Source: Bacilli bacterium (GTDB lineage: Bacteria > Bacillota_I > Bacilli_A > ML615J-28 > CAG-698). Taken from it: a DNA stretch of 64,000 nt. The position numbers and the translations under genes were made by a program. Under the pieces are notes generated by a model that was not told the DNA's origin, did no database searches, and saw only the letters and a list, made by a program, of their open reading frames with translations. Of the stretch, positions 1 to 9,675 are shown piece by piece. The stretch's first letter is position 1, and each line of letters begins with the position of its first letter. The DNA lies in NCBI GenBank assembly GCA_050953065.1, contig JBMNLZ010000003.1, forward strand, positions 320,001 to 384,000. The letters are read 5' to 3'.

Positions 1-204
1 TTGAATTGACACCACATCATAGTACTCATTGTTATATAGAATTGTATAATCACTACCATTTACTAAGGTTTCCAATTCATCAGTTATCAGCGTTTCAAAG
101 TTTAAGGTTAGCACCCCTGATAGTGTTTCTTTTTTCGTGCAGGTTAGTATTTTCTCAATGTTAGTAAGAAAGACTCCACTTCTAGTGAATAGTTCAAATG
201 CCAT
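1..204 (-). CDS. Phage tail protein (Tal/prophage endopeptidase-like N-terminus), runs off window
   Basis: Hand-translated open frame MAFELFTRSGVFLTNIEKILTCTKKETLSGVLTLNFET...; ATG 2 nt after TMP stop. Confidence 0.65.
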   Translation of the reverse strand, partial: MAFELFTRSGVFLTNIEKILTCTKKETLSGVLTLNFETLITDELETLVNGSDYTILYNNEYYDVVSIQ

Positions 205-206
205 AT

Positions 207-3179
207 TTATACCCCCATTGCACGTTTTAAGGATGCTGTTTTTAAACTTTGAATTCTACTTGTTGCTTCACTGATTAATTCACCATCCAGATATAACGGA
301 ACAGTGACTTCTATTGGTGATATCATTTCTTCATTTCTTTGAGGTGTGCCAGCACTAAAATCACCATTCATAGACTTTGCATCAATGGTTAGAGTCTTAA
401 TTGCATCTTGAAGGCTGTTTCTTGTTCCTTTAGTATCAACATTTGCTTCAACATTGATAGATGATTTAGTAGTTAGATTATTCATGATATCGTTGATGTT
501 TTCTGTTAAATCTTCTGCTGCTTTAATTGGTGCTTCGTCAGTTTCAATACCACTACCTAAACCTTGCATCAACATGCTACCAACCCATGCCATTTTTCTT
601 GAAGGTGATTTAATTCCAAAGAAATCAGTGATCCCCTTCCATAGGCTGCTAGCCCATCCAGAAACTTTATCTTTAATCCAACCAGCTAATGATTGAATAC
701 CATCCCATAAACCTTTTACTAGATTTTTACCCACTTCAGACATACCGCTTGTTAATGAAGAAAAAGCAGTAATGATACTTGTAATTATTTGCGGGATATT
801 TTGTGTAATACTCTTAATAATCTCAGGTAGGTTTTGAATGATGGCTGAAAATAGCATTATTCCAATTCCCATGAATTTATCAATATTACCTGTTAAAGCA
901 TTCAATATACCTGTTATAATTTGCGGAATTGCTCCTACAATCATCATAATTATTTGAGGCAATTCTTGAATTAAGCTGATAAAAAGATTTATACCAGCTT
1001 CAATGATCAGAGGTATTGCTTCAAAGATCGCATTAATAATTCCATCTATGATTTGTGGTATTGCTACAACTATTGCTGTAATAATTTCAGGTAGTGCATC
1101 AACCAATGAAGTCAATAATTCAATGCCTACATTAATGATTTCTGGAATTGATGATAATAAGAAATTCACAAGTGCAAGTATTAATCCTGGCAAGGCCTGT
1201 ATCAGTATAGGTACAGCTGCTAAAATTCCCTCCGCTAAGCCTTTTACTAATTGAAGTGCAGCATCTAAAATCAAATGTAAATTGTTAATTAGTGTATCTA
1301 CAACGGTGATTAAAGTTTTAACAATTGCAGGTATGAGTTCTGGTAATGCAGCGATAATTCCATTTGCAAGAGTAACCACCATTTCAATGGCTGCCGATAA
1401 GATATCTGGAAGGCTATCAAGTATTCCATTTACCAAAGTCATTATCACTTCAATTCCTGCTTTTGTAATCTTTGGTAGTGCTTTAAGTAATCCTTGTAAT
1501 AAAGTGAACACTAATTTACTAACCGCATTTAGAATAAGCGAGAGGTTATTAACTATGGCTTTTGCAAATCCAGAAACGAGTGAACCAGCCATTCCCATTA
1601 TTGTTGGCAGAAAATCAAAGATTGTCTTTGTCATTTGTTCTATCGCCAAACTTACAGCTTCACCTACTTTACTAAAGTCGCCATTAGACTCATTGATTGT
1701 AGTTCCAAGAATTGCGAAAGCCTCCGTAATACCAGCAGACAGATCGCTAATAGTTGGTAAAAATACACCTTGAATGGACCTCTTTGTACTTTGAATTGCT
1801 TTTTCTAAATCGTTATATTTTACTTCATTAATTTTTTCAAGAGTATCACCCACATCAAGTGTTGCATCTTTCATGCCAGATAAAACAGGTAGTACGCTTG
1901 CTTCTAAGTCCTTATATTTTGAGCCAAACAAAGATACCGCTATTTCGTTTTTCATCAATGGATCGTTGACACTTTCAAGTGCCTTCATTACTGCATAAAA
2001 AGCATCCTTAGCTGTTTGTCCACCAGCTGCAAATGCCTCTCGCATAATATCTGCATCCATTTTCAAATAAAAGAACGCATCTTTTGTTGTTGTGCTATCT
2101 TCTTTTACTCGGTTATTAAACTCTTTAACTGCATCACCGACTTTTTTAAGACTGAATACTCCAGCATCGGAACCGTTGATTAAGCTTGTTAGAAACTCAT
2201 CAGATGATAATCCTAATGCAGAATATTGAGCAGAGAATTCATTTAGAATACTTATTAAATCACCATTTTTGTCTGCACCCTTTTGTGCTCCATATGCGAT
2301 TAAGTTGTAAGCTTCTTCAGATGTAATACCGAAGTTTTTCATTAGTGAAGACACTGCTTGTGCTGATTCTTTTAAGTCATAGCCAAATGTATCACGCAGT
2401 GCAAACCCCGATTCCGTAGCTTTTTGAAGTTCCTCACCCATCAATCCAGTTGCACGACTTACAGCAGATAATCCATTAGCTACATCTTCTAGGCTATCTC
2501 CAAAATTACGTTTATAAACACTTTGTGCGATTACACCAAGTTGCTCTAACTCTTCTTCACTAGCACCTGTAGATGCTGCGATTTGATTAATTGCCTTGTT
2601 GTATTCATCACCTAATTTTACAAGTTGAACACCCGCTGCAATAGATGCTGCAGTAATTGCCGCCATCGCTGCTGCAAGAGCCACTCCCATAGATTTAGCA
2701 ACTCCACCAAGTTTTCCAAATTTAGAACCAGAGTCGTCTGCTTTATCTCCGCTATCTTTTAAAGAATCTCCTAAATCATCAGTTGCTTCTCTTGCGTCAT
2801 CAGTTGCTTCACTATGATCTTCAAGATCACCTGTGTTTTTCTTGAGTTCCTTAGACATGTTATTAAGTTCTGCTTTAGCATTATTTAATTGAACTTTCCA
2901 TGCCTTAGTTCTTTTATCATTTTCGCCAAAAGAGGTTGAAGCATTCTTTAAAGCTGATTGCAAAGCTTCTATCTTTTGCTTTTGTGCATCTATTGATTTT
3001 TGTAGCACTTCATTTCTAGCTGTTAAGGCCTGTTCTGATTTGTCTTGCTTATCAAATTGACTCTCTATCAGCTTCATCTCTGAGCCTAATACTTTAAAGG
3101 ATTGATTGATTTCAACTAGCTGAGCTTTGAACTCCTTTTCGCCTTCAATACCAATTTTTAAACCAAAATTATCAGCCAT
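207..3179 (-). CDS. Tail tape measure protein
   Basis: MADNFGLKIGIEGEKEF start with GGAGGTGA RBS; coiled-coil N-terminus; LPEII-type amphipathic repeats; follows tail chaperones. Confidence 0.95.
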   Translation of the reverse strand: MADNFGLKIGIEGEKEFKAQLVEINQSFKVLGSEMKLIESQFDKQDKSEQALTARNEVLQKSIDAQKQKIEALQSALKNASTSFGENDKRTKAWKVQLNNAKAELNNMSKELKKNTGDLEDHSEATDDAREATDDLGDSLKDSGDKADDSGSKFGKLGGVAKSMGVALAAAMAAITAASIAAGVQLVKLGDEYNKAINQIAASTGASEEELEQLGVIAQSVYKRNFGDSLEDVANGLSAVSRATGLMGEELQKATESGFALRDTFGYDLKESAQAVSSLMKNFGITSEEAYNLIAYGAQKGADKNGDLISILNEFSAQYSALGLSSDEFLTSLINGSDAGVFSLKKVGDAVKEFNNRVKEDSTTTKDAFFYLKMDADIMREAFAAGGQTAKDAFYAVMKALESVNDPLMKNEIAVSLFGSKYKDLEASVLPVLSGMKDATLDVGDTLEKINEVKYNDLEKAIQSTKRSIQGVFLPTISDLSAGITEAFAILGTTINESNGDFSKVGEAVSLAIEQMTKTIFDFLPTIMGMAGSLVSGFAKAIVNNLSLILNAVSKLVFTLLQGLLKALPKITKAGIEVIMTLVNGILDSLPDILSAAIEMVVTLANGIIAALPELIPAIVKTLITVVDTLINNLHLILDAALQLVKGLAEGILAAVPILIQALPGLILALVNFLLSSIPEIINVGIELLTSLVDALPEIITAIVVAIPQIIDGIINAIFEAIPLIIEAGINLFISLIQELPQIIMMIVGAIPQIITGILNALTGNIDKFMGIGIMLFSAIIQNLPEIIKSITQNIPQIITSIITAFSSLTSGMSEVGKNLVKGLWDGIQSLAGWIKDKVSGWASSLWKGITDFFGIKSPSRKMAWVGSMLMQGLGSGIETDEAPIKAAEDLTENINDIMNNLTTKSSINVEANVDTKGTRNSLQDAIKTLTIDAKSMNGDFSAGTPQRNEEMISPIEVTVPLYLDGELISEATSRIQSLKTASLKRAMGV

Positions 3180-3193
3180 ATGCTTCACCTCCT

Positions 3194-3397
3194 TTAGATG
3201 CCCTCAGGCAGAATATCATCAATGGAATGCTCCACTTTTGGCTTTGATAAACCTATAAATTGTTTGTGACATTCCCATAAATCAAGTAAAAGACCAAAAG
3301 GCATCATCCATACTTCTTCTTGTGTAAGTTGAAGATGGACAATGCCGTAATATAAAAGACGAGTAAACAACTCTTCGTCACTTACTCGTCCAGTGCG
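3194..3397 (-). CDS. Tail assembly chaperone -1 frameshift extension (gpT-like)
   Basis: Open -1 frame RTGRVSDEELFTRLLYYGIVHL...DDILPEGI* entered from slippery A AAA AAC at 3397-3403. Confidence 0.8.
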   Translation of the reverse strand, partial: RTGRVSDEELFTRLLYYGIVHLQLTQEEVWMMPFGLLLDLWECHKQFIGLSKPKVEHSIDDILPEGI

Positions 3398-3765
3398 TTT
3401 TTTGATTGATCTTCACTCTCAACGTTTCTTTTAGTTCCTTTTAATAACGCTTCTGTAATTGCGTCTTTAAAGTCTCCTAAATCATTAGGTGTTGTTAATA
3501 GTTCTACTTCATCTTCAGTCAATAATTCTTTTTCATTTCCTTTGTTTCTTAGGTTATGAATCAAGATCGGTTGATTTGCAAGTAGTGTAATTAAATACAC
3601 AACTTCAGATAACGCAGTATCAAAGTTTTCACTATTTAAAAGTTTATCGCCAAGTTTATCTAATCCACCATATCTTTTAGCTATTTCCTTTGTTGCTTTA
3701 GTAGTTAGTAACAACTCAAATTCTCTACCGCCAATATTAATAGCAGTGCTTCTTTCGTCAGCCAT
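3382..3765 (-). CDS. Tail assembly chaperone (gpG-like)
   Basis: Between major tail gene and TMP; start MADERSTA with purine-rich RBS; ends in slippery site. Confidence 0.85.
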   Translation of the reverse strand: MADERSTAINIGGREFELLLTTKATKEIAKRYGGLDKLGDKLLNSENFDTALSEVVYLITLLANQPILIHNLRNKGNEKELLTEDEVELLTTPNDLGDFKDAITEALLKGTKRNVESEDQSKNALDE

Positions 3766-3769
3766 ATAA

Positions 3770-4366
3770 TTATTCCCCCTCTTCTGGAATTCCAACATAC
3801 GCTGGTTCATACACTGCATCATACCAATCATCAATGATTGACTTATTATTTGCTGATTCTGTTACTTCAGCCTTCCAGGGATGCTTGAATGATGCGTCTA
3901 GTTTGTTTCTTCTTAAAATTGTACCTTCAATAGTAGGTGTTGAGAATGTAATGCTATCACCCTTTGTAGCTAGGTTTGTTGCAGGGATATTAAACAATAC
4001 TCTGTATAACCAAAAGTACTTATATTTCCCATTAGATTTCTTGGCTCTAAAACCAATAGCTACTGGATTTGCAATGTCGCTTTCACCTGAAATTAGCACC
4101 CCGTTACTATCAACTACTGCACCTACTAAGTCCGCTACAATGTCGTGACCTATATCATCTACTGAAAGTGAAATAGTACCACTCTTAAACTCTCTTACAA
4201 TTTCCGCTTGTCCATCATCGGCATAAAGAGTAGCTTCATTTAATTCCACACTCAAGTCTGCTGATATTGCTTTTGCTAGTTGGCTAGGCGTACCATAAGT
4301 TTCATTGCCACTTGCATCCTCAGTAATCTTTGCATAATACAACTTATCTAATCCGATTGTTGCCAT
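3770..4366 (-). CDS. Major tail (tube) protein, phi13 family
   Basis: MATIGLDKLYYA, LYADD and FSTPTIEGT motifs; position. Confidence 0.92.
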   Translation of the reverse strand: MATIGLDKLYYAKITEDASGNETYGTPSQLAKAISADLSVELNEATLYADDGQAEIVREFKSGTISLSVDDIGHDIVADLVGAVVDSNGVLISGESDIANPVAIGFRAKKSNGKYKYFWLYRVLFNIPATNLATKGDSITFSTPTIEGTILRRNKLDASFKHPWKAEVTESANNKSIIDDWYDAVYEPAYVGIPEEGE

Positions 4367-4369
4367 TTT

Positions 4370-4714
4370 TTATTCCTCCTCTATTTTATAATGGTCGGCT
4401 ACATCAATTGTGAAATGGTGATACTTGGTTTCTTTTTCATAGCCGTTGTATCTTCTTTCTGTGATTGTTAAGCCATTTTTTAATAATAATTTTTCTAAAC
4501 TCCTCTTTAATTTAAGGTAGTTTGATTTTGAATATAGTGATATTCTCACTTCTTCGATATCTTGCTCTGGTAAGTTATCAGCATATAACTCATATGTTGA
4601 TGTTACAGGTATTAAGACGAGGTATTGATCAGGTGCTTGACCAGAAAAGATACCTGTTTCAATTGGAACATCAAGCTCAGAAAATAAAGATATGAGTCTT
4701 TCAAGTAGTATCAT
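4370..4714 (-). CDS. Tail terminator/completion protein
   Basis: 114 aa between HK97-gp10-like gene and major tail; YEKETKYHH C-terminal motif. Confidence 0.75.
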   Translation of the reverse strand: MILLERLISLFSELDVPIETGIFSGQAPDQYLVLIPVTSTYELYADNLPEQDIEEVRISLYSKSNYLKLKRSLEKLLLKNGLTITERRYNGYEKETKYHHFTIDVADHYKIEEE

Positions 4715-5142
4715 ATTTTGTTAATTTCCTCCTCAAGTTTACCTATCATAGTATCCATACAGGCTTGTTTGGTAGTTCTAATAGCTGGCTTTAAGAAAGG
4801 TCTAGCAGGTTGATTGTGTTTTCCATACTCGATAATATTTGCTATCATCGCATTTGACTTTCCATCTTTTCTAGGTTCGCTAAACCCGATTTTAATGTTG
4901 CTATTCCCGTTCCTGTCTTGCCTTACTGAACTAACACCTAAAGAATTAACAAGCTCACCTGTTGATCTGGATTCAACCTTTGTATCACTTCCAACAACAG
5001 ACTCAAGGTTGATTTTTACTTTATCAAAAACAACCTCGCCTCCACTTTGAAGAACCTTTGCTGTTATTTCATCAGTTTTGTTTCCAAGCCTTGATAGTTT
5101 CTTTAAGAACTCTTCTGGCATTTTAACAGTCGCTTTAGCCAT
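4711..5142 (-). CDS. HK97 gp10-like tail component
   Basis: STGELVNSL and IEYGKHNQPARPFLKPA motifs. Confidence 0.88.
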   Translation of the reverse strand: MAKATVKMPEEFLKKLSRLGNKTDEITAKVLQSGGEVVFDKVKINLESVVGSDTKVESRSTGELVNSLGVSSVRQDRNGNSNIKIGFSEPRKDGKSNAMIANIIEYGKHNQPARPFLKPAIRTTKQACMDTMIGKLEEEINKI

Positions 5143-5470
5143 CAGTAGGTTCCACCTTTTTTGCTAAGACTTCAATATACATCTTTTTACCTTTTACATC
5201 TTCAATTGAGAAGATTTCAAAATCACTACCATCACATACGATTATCATGCTTGTTGTTAAGTTCACATTAGGTATTTTTCTAAACCTAAATAAATCAGTA
5301 GCCGTTGTGAAAGTAGCTCTATTAGCCCACATTGAATTGCCATGTCGACCTTCTCGATAAGCTCTAATTGACGCTACTACTTCTTTGGCTTCATTCATAA
5401 ACCCATCTTTATCTTTTTCCTTATTTTTAAGGATTATCTGAATAAAATCATTCATTTTCCCATAGCTCAT
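5135..5470 (-). CDS. Head-tail adaptor / head closure protein
   Basis: Position; start MSYGKM overlaps upstream stop (ATGA); FEIFSIEDVKGKKMYIEV. Confidence 0.85.
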   Translation of the reverse strand: MSYGKMNDFIQIILKNKEKDKDGFMNEAKEVVASIRAYREGRHGNSMWANRATFTTATDLFRFRKIPNVNLTTSMIIVCDGSDFEIFSIEDVKGKKMYIEVLAKKVEPTDG

Positions 5471-5784
5471 ACTTTCCACTCCCTATCAAGTCTTAAAAGT
5501 AGATTTACTGTGTTCCAGACCTGCTGCCCTGCCTGAACATTATCAGCAAAAAAACCGCCAGTTGAACCATCCCTTGATTCATAAAAATGGCTAGCTAACA
5601 TAATGATTGCTTGCTTTGTTGTTGCTGGCATTTCATGAGTTGAGTAGTATGCTTCAGTAAGATGCTGGAAACTTTCTGCATAAGAAACCGCAGCAGTGAT
5701 GTAACCTTCAATTAAACTATCATCTTCTGAATGCTCAATTATTAAATTTTGCTTCACTTTTTGTAATAAATCTGAAGTTGCCAT
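5467..5784 (-). CDS. Head-tail connector (HK97 gp6-like)
   Basis: VKQNLIIEHSEDDSLI and AIIMLASHFYESR motifs; AGGAGG RBS. Confidence 0.9.
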   Translation of the reverse strand: MATSDLLQKVKQNLIIEHSEDDSLIEGYITAAVSYAESFQHLTEAYYSTHEMPATTKQAIIMLASHFYESRDGSTGGFFADNVQAGQQVWNTVNLLLRLDREWKV

Positions 5785-5801
5785 CACCACTGCCTCCTTA
5801 A

Positions 5802-6482
5802 TTATTCTTCAATAACGATTGTTATTGTTTCTGTTTTAAATCCTGATTTTCCTAAAGTAATAACTTTTGGTGTTTCTACTACTTCATCACACTTAATCCA
5901 AAGTACAAAAGATCCAGCAGGACATCCTACATTAGTTGCTTCATTAACGTCTGCTGTTGCTAAGGCATAAGTGCCATTGTAAATAACATCGATAATTGAC
6001 GCTAGACCAGTTCCAATAGAAAGACCTATCCATTTATGTATTCCTTGTGCTGGATTATTTGAATCAAATGGAATCAACTCATCCACAGGAACCTTAATAG
6101 TAACTGTACTTTCATTTAAAGTAATGCTTTCAATTTTGCTGTGGTTAGCTGCAAGATCACCTGTTACAGTACTTATAGCCGCCACAGATACATTAAATAA
6201 ATCTTTTGCAACAACGCCAGCATCTTTTAATTTAGTAATTAATTCATTTAAGTCATTCTTTAAAGTACCTACGTTTGCTGCACTTGATTCTTTTACATTT
6301 ACCGCTTCTTTTACTCCACCGATTAATGTTTGAGTAGCAGGATTTATGGTGCAGGAACTTCCTCCTACACCACTTACCTCTGCGTTCTCACTAACAGTAA
6401 GTTTTCCGTTAATAATAATCTCACCATTAATAACGGTTTTCTCTCCGCCCTGTTCTGTATAATTTTTCACATTGTAACTCAT
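5802..6482 (-). CDS. Head fibre/decoration protein
   Basis: MSYNVKNYTEQGGEKTVI N-terminus and LNELITKLKDAG helix; directly after capsid gene. Confidence 0.7.
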   Translation of the reverse strand: MSYNVKNYTEQGGEKTVINGEIIINGKLTVSENAEVSGVGGSSCTINPATQTLIGGVKEAVNVKESSAANVGTLKNDLNELITKLKDAGVVAKDLFNVSVAAISTVTGDLAANHSKIESITLNESTVTIKVPVDELIPFDSNNPAQGIHKWIGLSIGTGLASIIDVIYNGTYALATADVNEATNVGCPAGSFVLWIKCDEVVETPKVITLGKSGFKTETITIVIEE

Positions 6483-6495
6483 ATTAGTTACCTCC

Positions 6496-7680
6496 TTACG
6501 CCTTAATCTTTAAGATTTTAACAGCTTCAGGTAATACTAGTTTTCCATCTACACGTTCTTTAGCAACAAAACCAATCATTCCGTTTCCTGCAAATAATTC
6601 TTTTAATTCAGCAAATGAACGTACACCACGATCACCGATGTTGTAGTATGAGAAGTCACCAAATGCAATGACTGCTGCACCAGCTTCGATGTTTGGAACA
6701 TATGCAGATGTCAATACTTCATAACCAAGTAATCGGTCAGGTTCCCCAGCTTGAAGTGCAGGTTGCCAGATGTATTGACCGTTTCCATCTTTTAGTTTTC
6801 TTAAAGTAGCGATTGTTTGATCGTTTAAGATAAACTTAGCATTCTTTCTATATGGACGTTTTAAGGCATACACAAGATTGACGATTTCATCATATGTGAT
6901 AGCTGTTGAGCTTGCAGTAGTAACTGCTACTTCGCCACCGCCACTTGCTGCAAATATACCTAGTGGTTTACCTTCGCCATTACCATTTAAGAATGCATCT
7001 TCTTCAGCATTAGCTAAAGCCTTAGCAAACTGATCAATAAGATAGTTTTCTAAACCGAATGCATTATCATATAAAAGTTCTTCTGTAACCTTTACAGCCA
7101 CATGTAATTTGTGAGCGTCTAAAATTACTTGATTAAAAGTTGCGTCTCCAAACGATAGAGCTTCGCCTTCTTCAATCCAAGCAGCTGCTGGTTTTGTTCC
7201 AGCAATGTTGATTTTGTGCTCACCACTAGTTTTGATGATAGTTCCTAATTTTCTTAGAATGTTCTCATCTGTTAAACCTTGAATCAAACGAGTGTCATAT
7301 TCTTCTGGTACTAAGTAACCACCGCTTGAGTCGATACCTTCTTGCAAAATATTACTTACTTGTCTGAAATTTGTACGAAGTGCATTAAACATAGCCTTTT
7401 TGTAAGCATCACTTGCTCTGCCAGTCTTTAATTCATCATTCATTCCAGGTTTTTGTGTAAGAGGTGTACTTGTTGCTTTTTTAAGTTCGTTTTCTAAAAG
7501 CTCACGATCCTTCATACGATTAATCTCATCTCCCAACGCTTTAATTTTTGCTTCCATCTCGTTATAAGTTTTGATGTCTTCATCTGAAAGTAATCCATCT
7601 TTATCACGTTTACTTTCTACAAATGCTTTCGCACCTTCCCATAGTTTCTTTCTGTTTTCAATTAGTTCTTGAATAGTCAT
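6496..7680 (-). CDS. Major capsid protein, HK97 fold
   Basis: GGYLVPEE, FLNGNGEGKPLGI and FGDFSYY motifs; coiled-coil delta domain. Confidence 0.96.
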   Translation of the reverse strand: MTIQELIENRKKLWEGAKAFVESKRDKDGLLSDEDIKTYNEMEAKIKALGDEINRMKDRELLENELKKATSTPLTQKPGMNDELKTGRASDAYKKAMFNALRTNFRQVSNILQEGIDSSGGYLVPEEYDTRLIQGLTDENILRKLGTIIKTSGEHKINIAGTKPAAAWIEEGEALSFGDATFNQVILDAHKLHVAVKVTEELLYDNAFGLENYLIDQFAKALANAEEDAFLNGNGEGKPLGIFAASGGGEVAVTTASSTAITYDEIVNLVYALKRPYRKNAKFILNDQTIATLRKLKDGNGQYIWQPALQAGEPDRLLGYEVLTSAYVPNIEAGAAVIAFGDFSYYNIGDRGVRSFAELKELFAGNGMIGFVAKERVDGKLVLPEAVKILKIKA

Positions 7681-7698
7681 TTTTGTTTCCTCCATTTT

Positions 7699-8406
7699 TT
7701 ACTTTATTAAAAAAAGACGTTCTAGCAGTTCGTTTGCTGATCGCCCATTTTTTATAGTTTCTTTTTTATTTACCACAATTTTATTAAGTAGTGCAGTAGC
7801 TACTTGTTTAGTTGAAAATGCATATGCTTTAACATCTGCTTGCTTCTTTCCATCTTTTAAGATGTCATCAGCGAACCCAAGCTCGATAGCTTTGTTTGCA
7901 TTCATCCATGTTTCCTCGTCCATTAAACGAGAGATTTTACTTCTGCTCATGCCTGTTTTAATTTCATAAGCATTGATAATACTTTCTTTTACTTCATTTA
8001 ACATTTCGATACCCTTAGTCATTTCTTTGTGATCACCAAATACCTGTGTTGCAGGATTGTGAATCATCATTAATGCTGTAGGTGCCATCAAAACCTTAGT
8101 TCCTGCCATCGCAATTACTGATGCAGCACTTGCTGCTATTCCATCAACCTTGATAGTTACGTTTCCTTTGTAATCCATCAGCATTGAATAGATTTGACTT
8201 GCGGCTATACAGTCTCCGCCTGGCGAGTTAATCCAGATAGTAACATCACCTGAACCACTGAATAACTCATCATGAAACATTTTAGGTGTGATATCGTCAT
8301 CAAACCAACTATCCTCCGCTATAGTTCCATAAATCTCTAGTAACCTTTCAGCGTTTGACTCGTCGTTCCTCTGATTTTTCCACACCCAGAACTTCTTGTT
8401 CTTCAT
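7699..8406 (-). CDS. ClpP-like prohead maturation protease
   Basis: INSPGGD, GIAASAAS, MMIHNP, ETWMNANKAIELGFAD. Confidence 0.95.
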   Translation of the reverse strand: MKNKKFWVWKNQRNDESNAERLLEIYGTIAEDSWFDDDITPKMFHDELFSGSGDVTIWINSPGGDCIAASQIYSMLMDYKGNVTIKVDGIAASAASVIAMAGTKVLMAPTALMMIHNPATQVFGDHKEMTKGIEMLNEVKESIINAYEIKTGMSRSKISRLMDEETWMNANKAIELGFADDILKDGKKQADVKAYAFSTKQVATALLNKIVVNKKETIKNGRSANELLERLFLIK

Positions 8407-9664
8407 TTAAATCATCCTCCTTTTTTGTGTTTTCTTTATTGGCATAAGCTCCAGCATCTCTTAGTGGCAGCATGTTTCCATTCACTAAATACAAATCCCC
8501 ACCATCTAAAGGTGATATGCGATCAAGGTTTTCAAGTTCTCTGATGTCGTTTGCTGACATCCAGCCGTTTTGTCTACCGATTGAGTAACCCTTCATTCTT
8601 GACTCATAGTCGCCTCTAAGCAGTCCTTCTAAGTTAAACTTAATGAAGCATTCCTTCTTTTCATCATTTGATAGTAATGCTCGCATTAATGATTGTTCCC
8701 ATCTGATCACCCAGGGATCTAAGGTGTATTTAACAAACTCTAAAGATTGCTGTTCTATATTTGAAAAACTCGACTTTTCCAAATCACCAACCATATGAGG
8801 CGGAATTCTAAAAATTCGAGCAATTTCATTAATTTGAAACTTACGTGTTTCCAAAAACTGTGCTTGTTCAGGAGAGATAGAAATGGCTGTATATTTCATG
8901 CCCTCTTCTAGTACCGCAACTTTACCTGAGTTGGAACTTCCACCAAATTGTGACTGCCATGCTTCTCTTACTTTCTTTGGATCTTTGATTGTTCCAGGAT
9001 GTTCAAGTACTCCACTTGGTGCTGCACCGTTTGCAAAGAACTTCGCACCATATTCCTCACAAGCTATAGCCATTCCGATTGCATTCTTTGCCATTGCAAT
9101 TGGCGAGTAACCTACCAAACCATCAAATCCAAGTCCTGGAATATGAAGCACATCTCTTGGCATCAAGACTATTGTTTTACTTGAGTTGCTGTTCATGATG
9201 TCTGATGCACTGGAATACTCATAATATAACTGTCCATTTTCATCACGATTGACTGTCATTCTGTTTGGCATTAAAGGATATAAAGCGATGACCTCACCTT
9301 TACCATTTCTGATAATCTGAGCATATGCATTACCCCAGAGGAGCAAATGTGTCATTAATGTTTCTCTAAATACAAACGAGCTCATTTCAGGATTAGGTTC
9401 ATCGTGAAGTAAACGATAAAGTGAATGATCAATTGCTTTCTCTTTTCCGTTATCCTCTTTATACCGATACAAATGCAGTGGAAGGCCAGCTACCGCTTCT
9501 GCTAAAATTCTGACACAAGAATAAACTGCAGTCATTTGCATGGCAGATCGTTCAGTCACATTTTTACCAGCGGTAGAACTACCCATTAAAAATGAATAGC
9601 CACCACTTATTACCTTATTTTCAGGTTTGTCTCTTGATTTAAAGAGACCTTTAAATATTCCCAT
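8348..9664 (-). CDS. Portal protein, HK97 family
   Basis: AVYSCVRILAE, LLLWGNAY, IARIFRIPPHMVG. Confidence 0.96.
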   Translation of the reverse strand: MGIFKGLFKSRDKPENKVISGGYSFLMGSSTAGKNVTERSAMQMTAVYSCVRILAEAVAGLPLHLYRYKEDNGKEKAIDHSLYRLLHDEPNPEMSSFVFRETLMTHLLLWGNAYAQIIRNGKGEVIALYPLMPNRMTVNRDENGQLYYEYSSASDIMNSNSSKTIVLMPRDVLHIPGLGFDGLVGYSPIAMAKNAIGMAIACEEYGAKFFANGAAPSGVLEHPGTIKDPKKVREAWQSQFGGSSNSGKVAVLEEGMKYTAISISPEQAQFLETRKFQINEIARIFRIPPHMVGDLEKSSFSNIEQQSLEFVKYTLDPWVIRWEQSLMRALLSNDEKKECFIKFNLEGLLRGDYESRMKGYSIGRQNGWMSANDIRELENLDRISPLDGGDLYLVNGNMLPLRDAGAYANKENTKKEDDLNEEQEVLGVEKSEERRVKR

Positions 9665-9675
9665 TCTCTCACTCC

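Noticed and set aside
7699-8406. Host clpP partner for ClpX
   Set aside because: Lies between portal and capsid; it is the prohead protease
454-9184. Plus-strand ORFs antisense to structural genes
   Set aside because: Shadow ORFs of strongly coding minus-strand genes, no recognisable motifs
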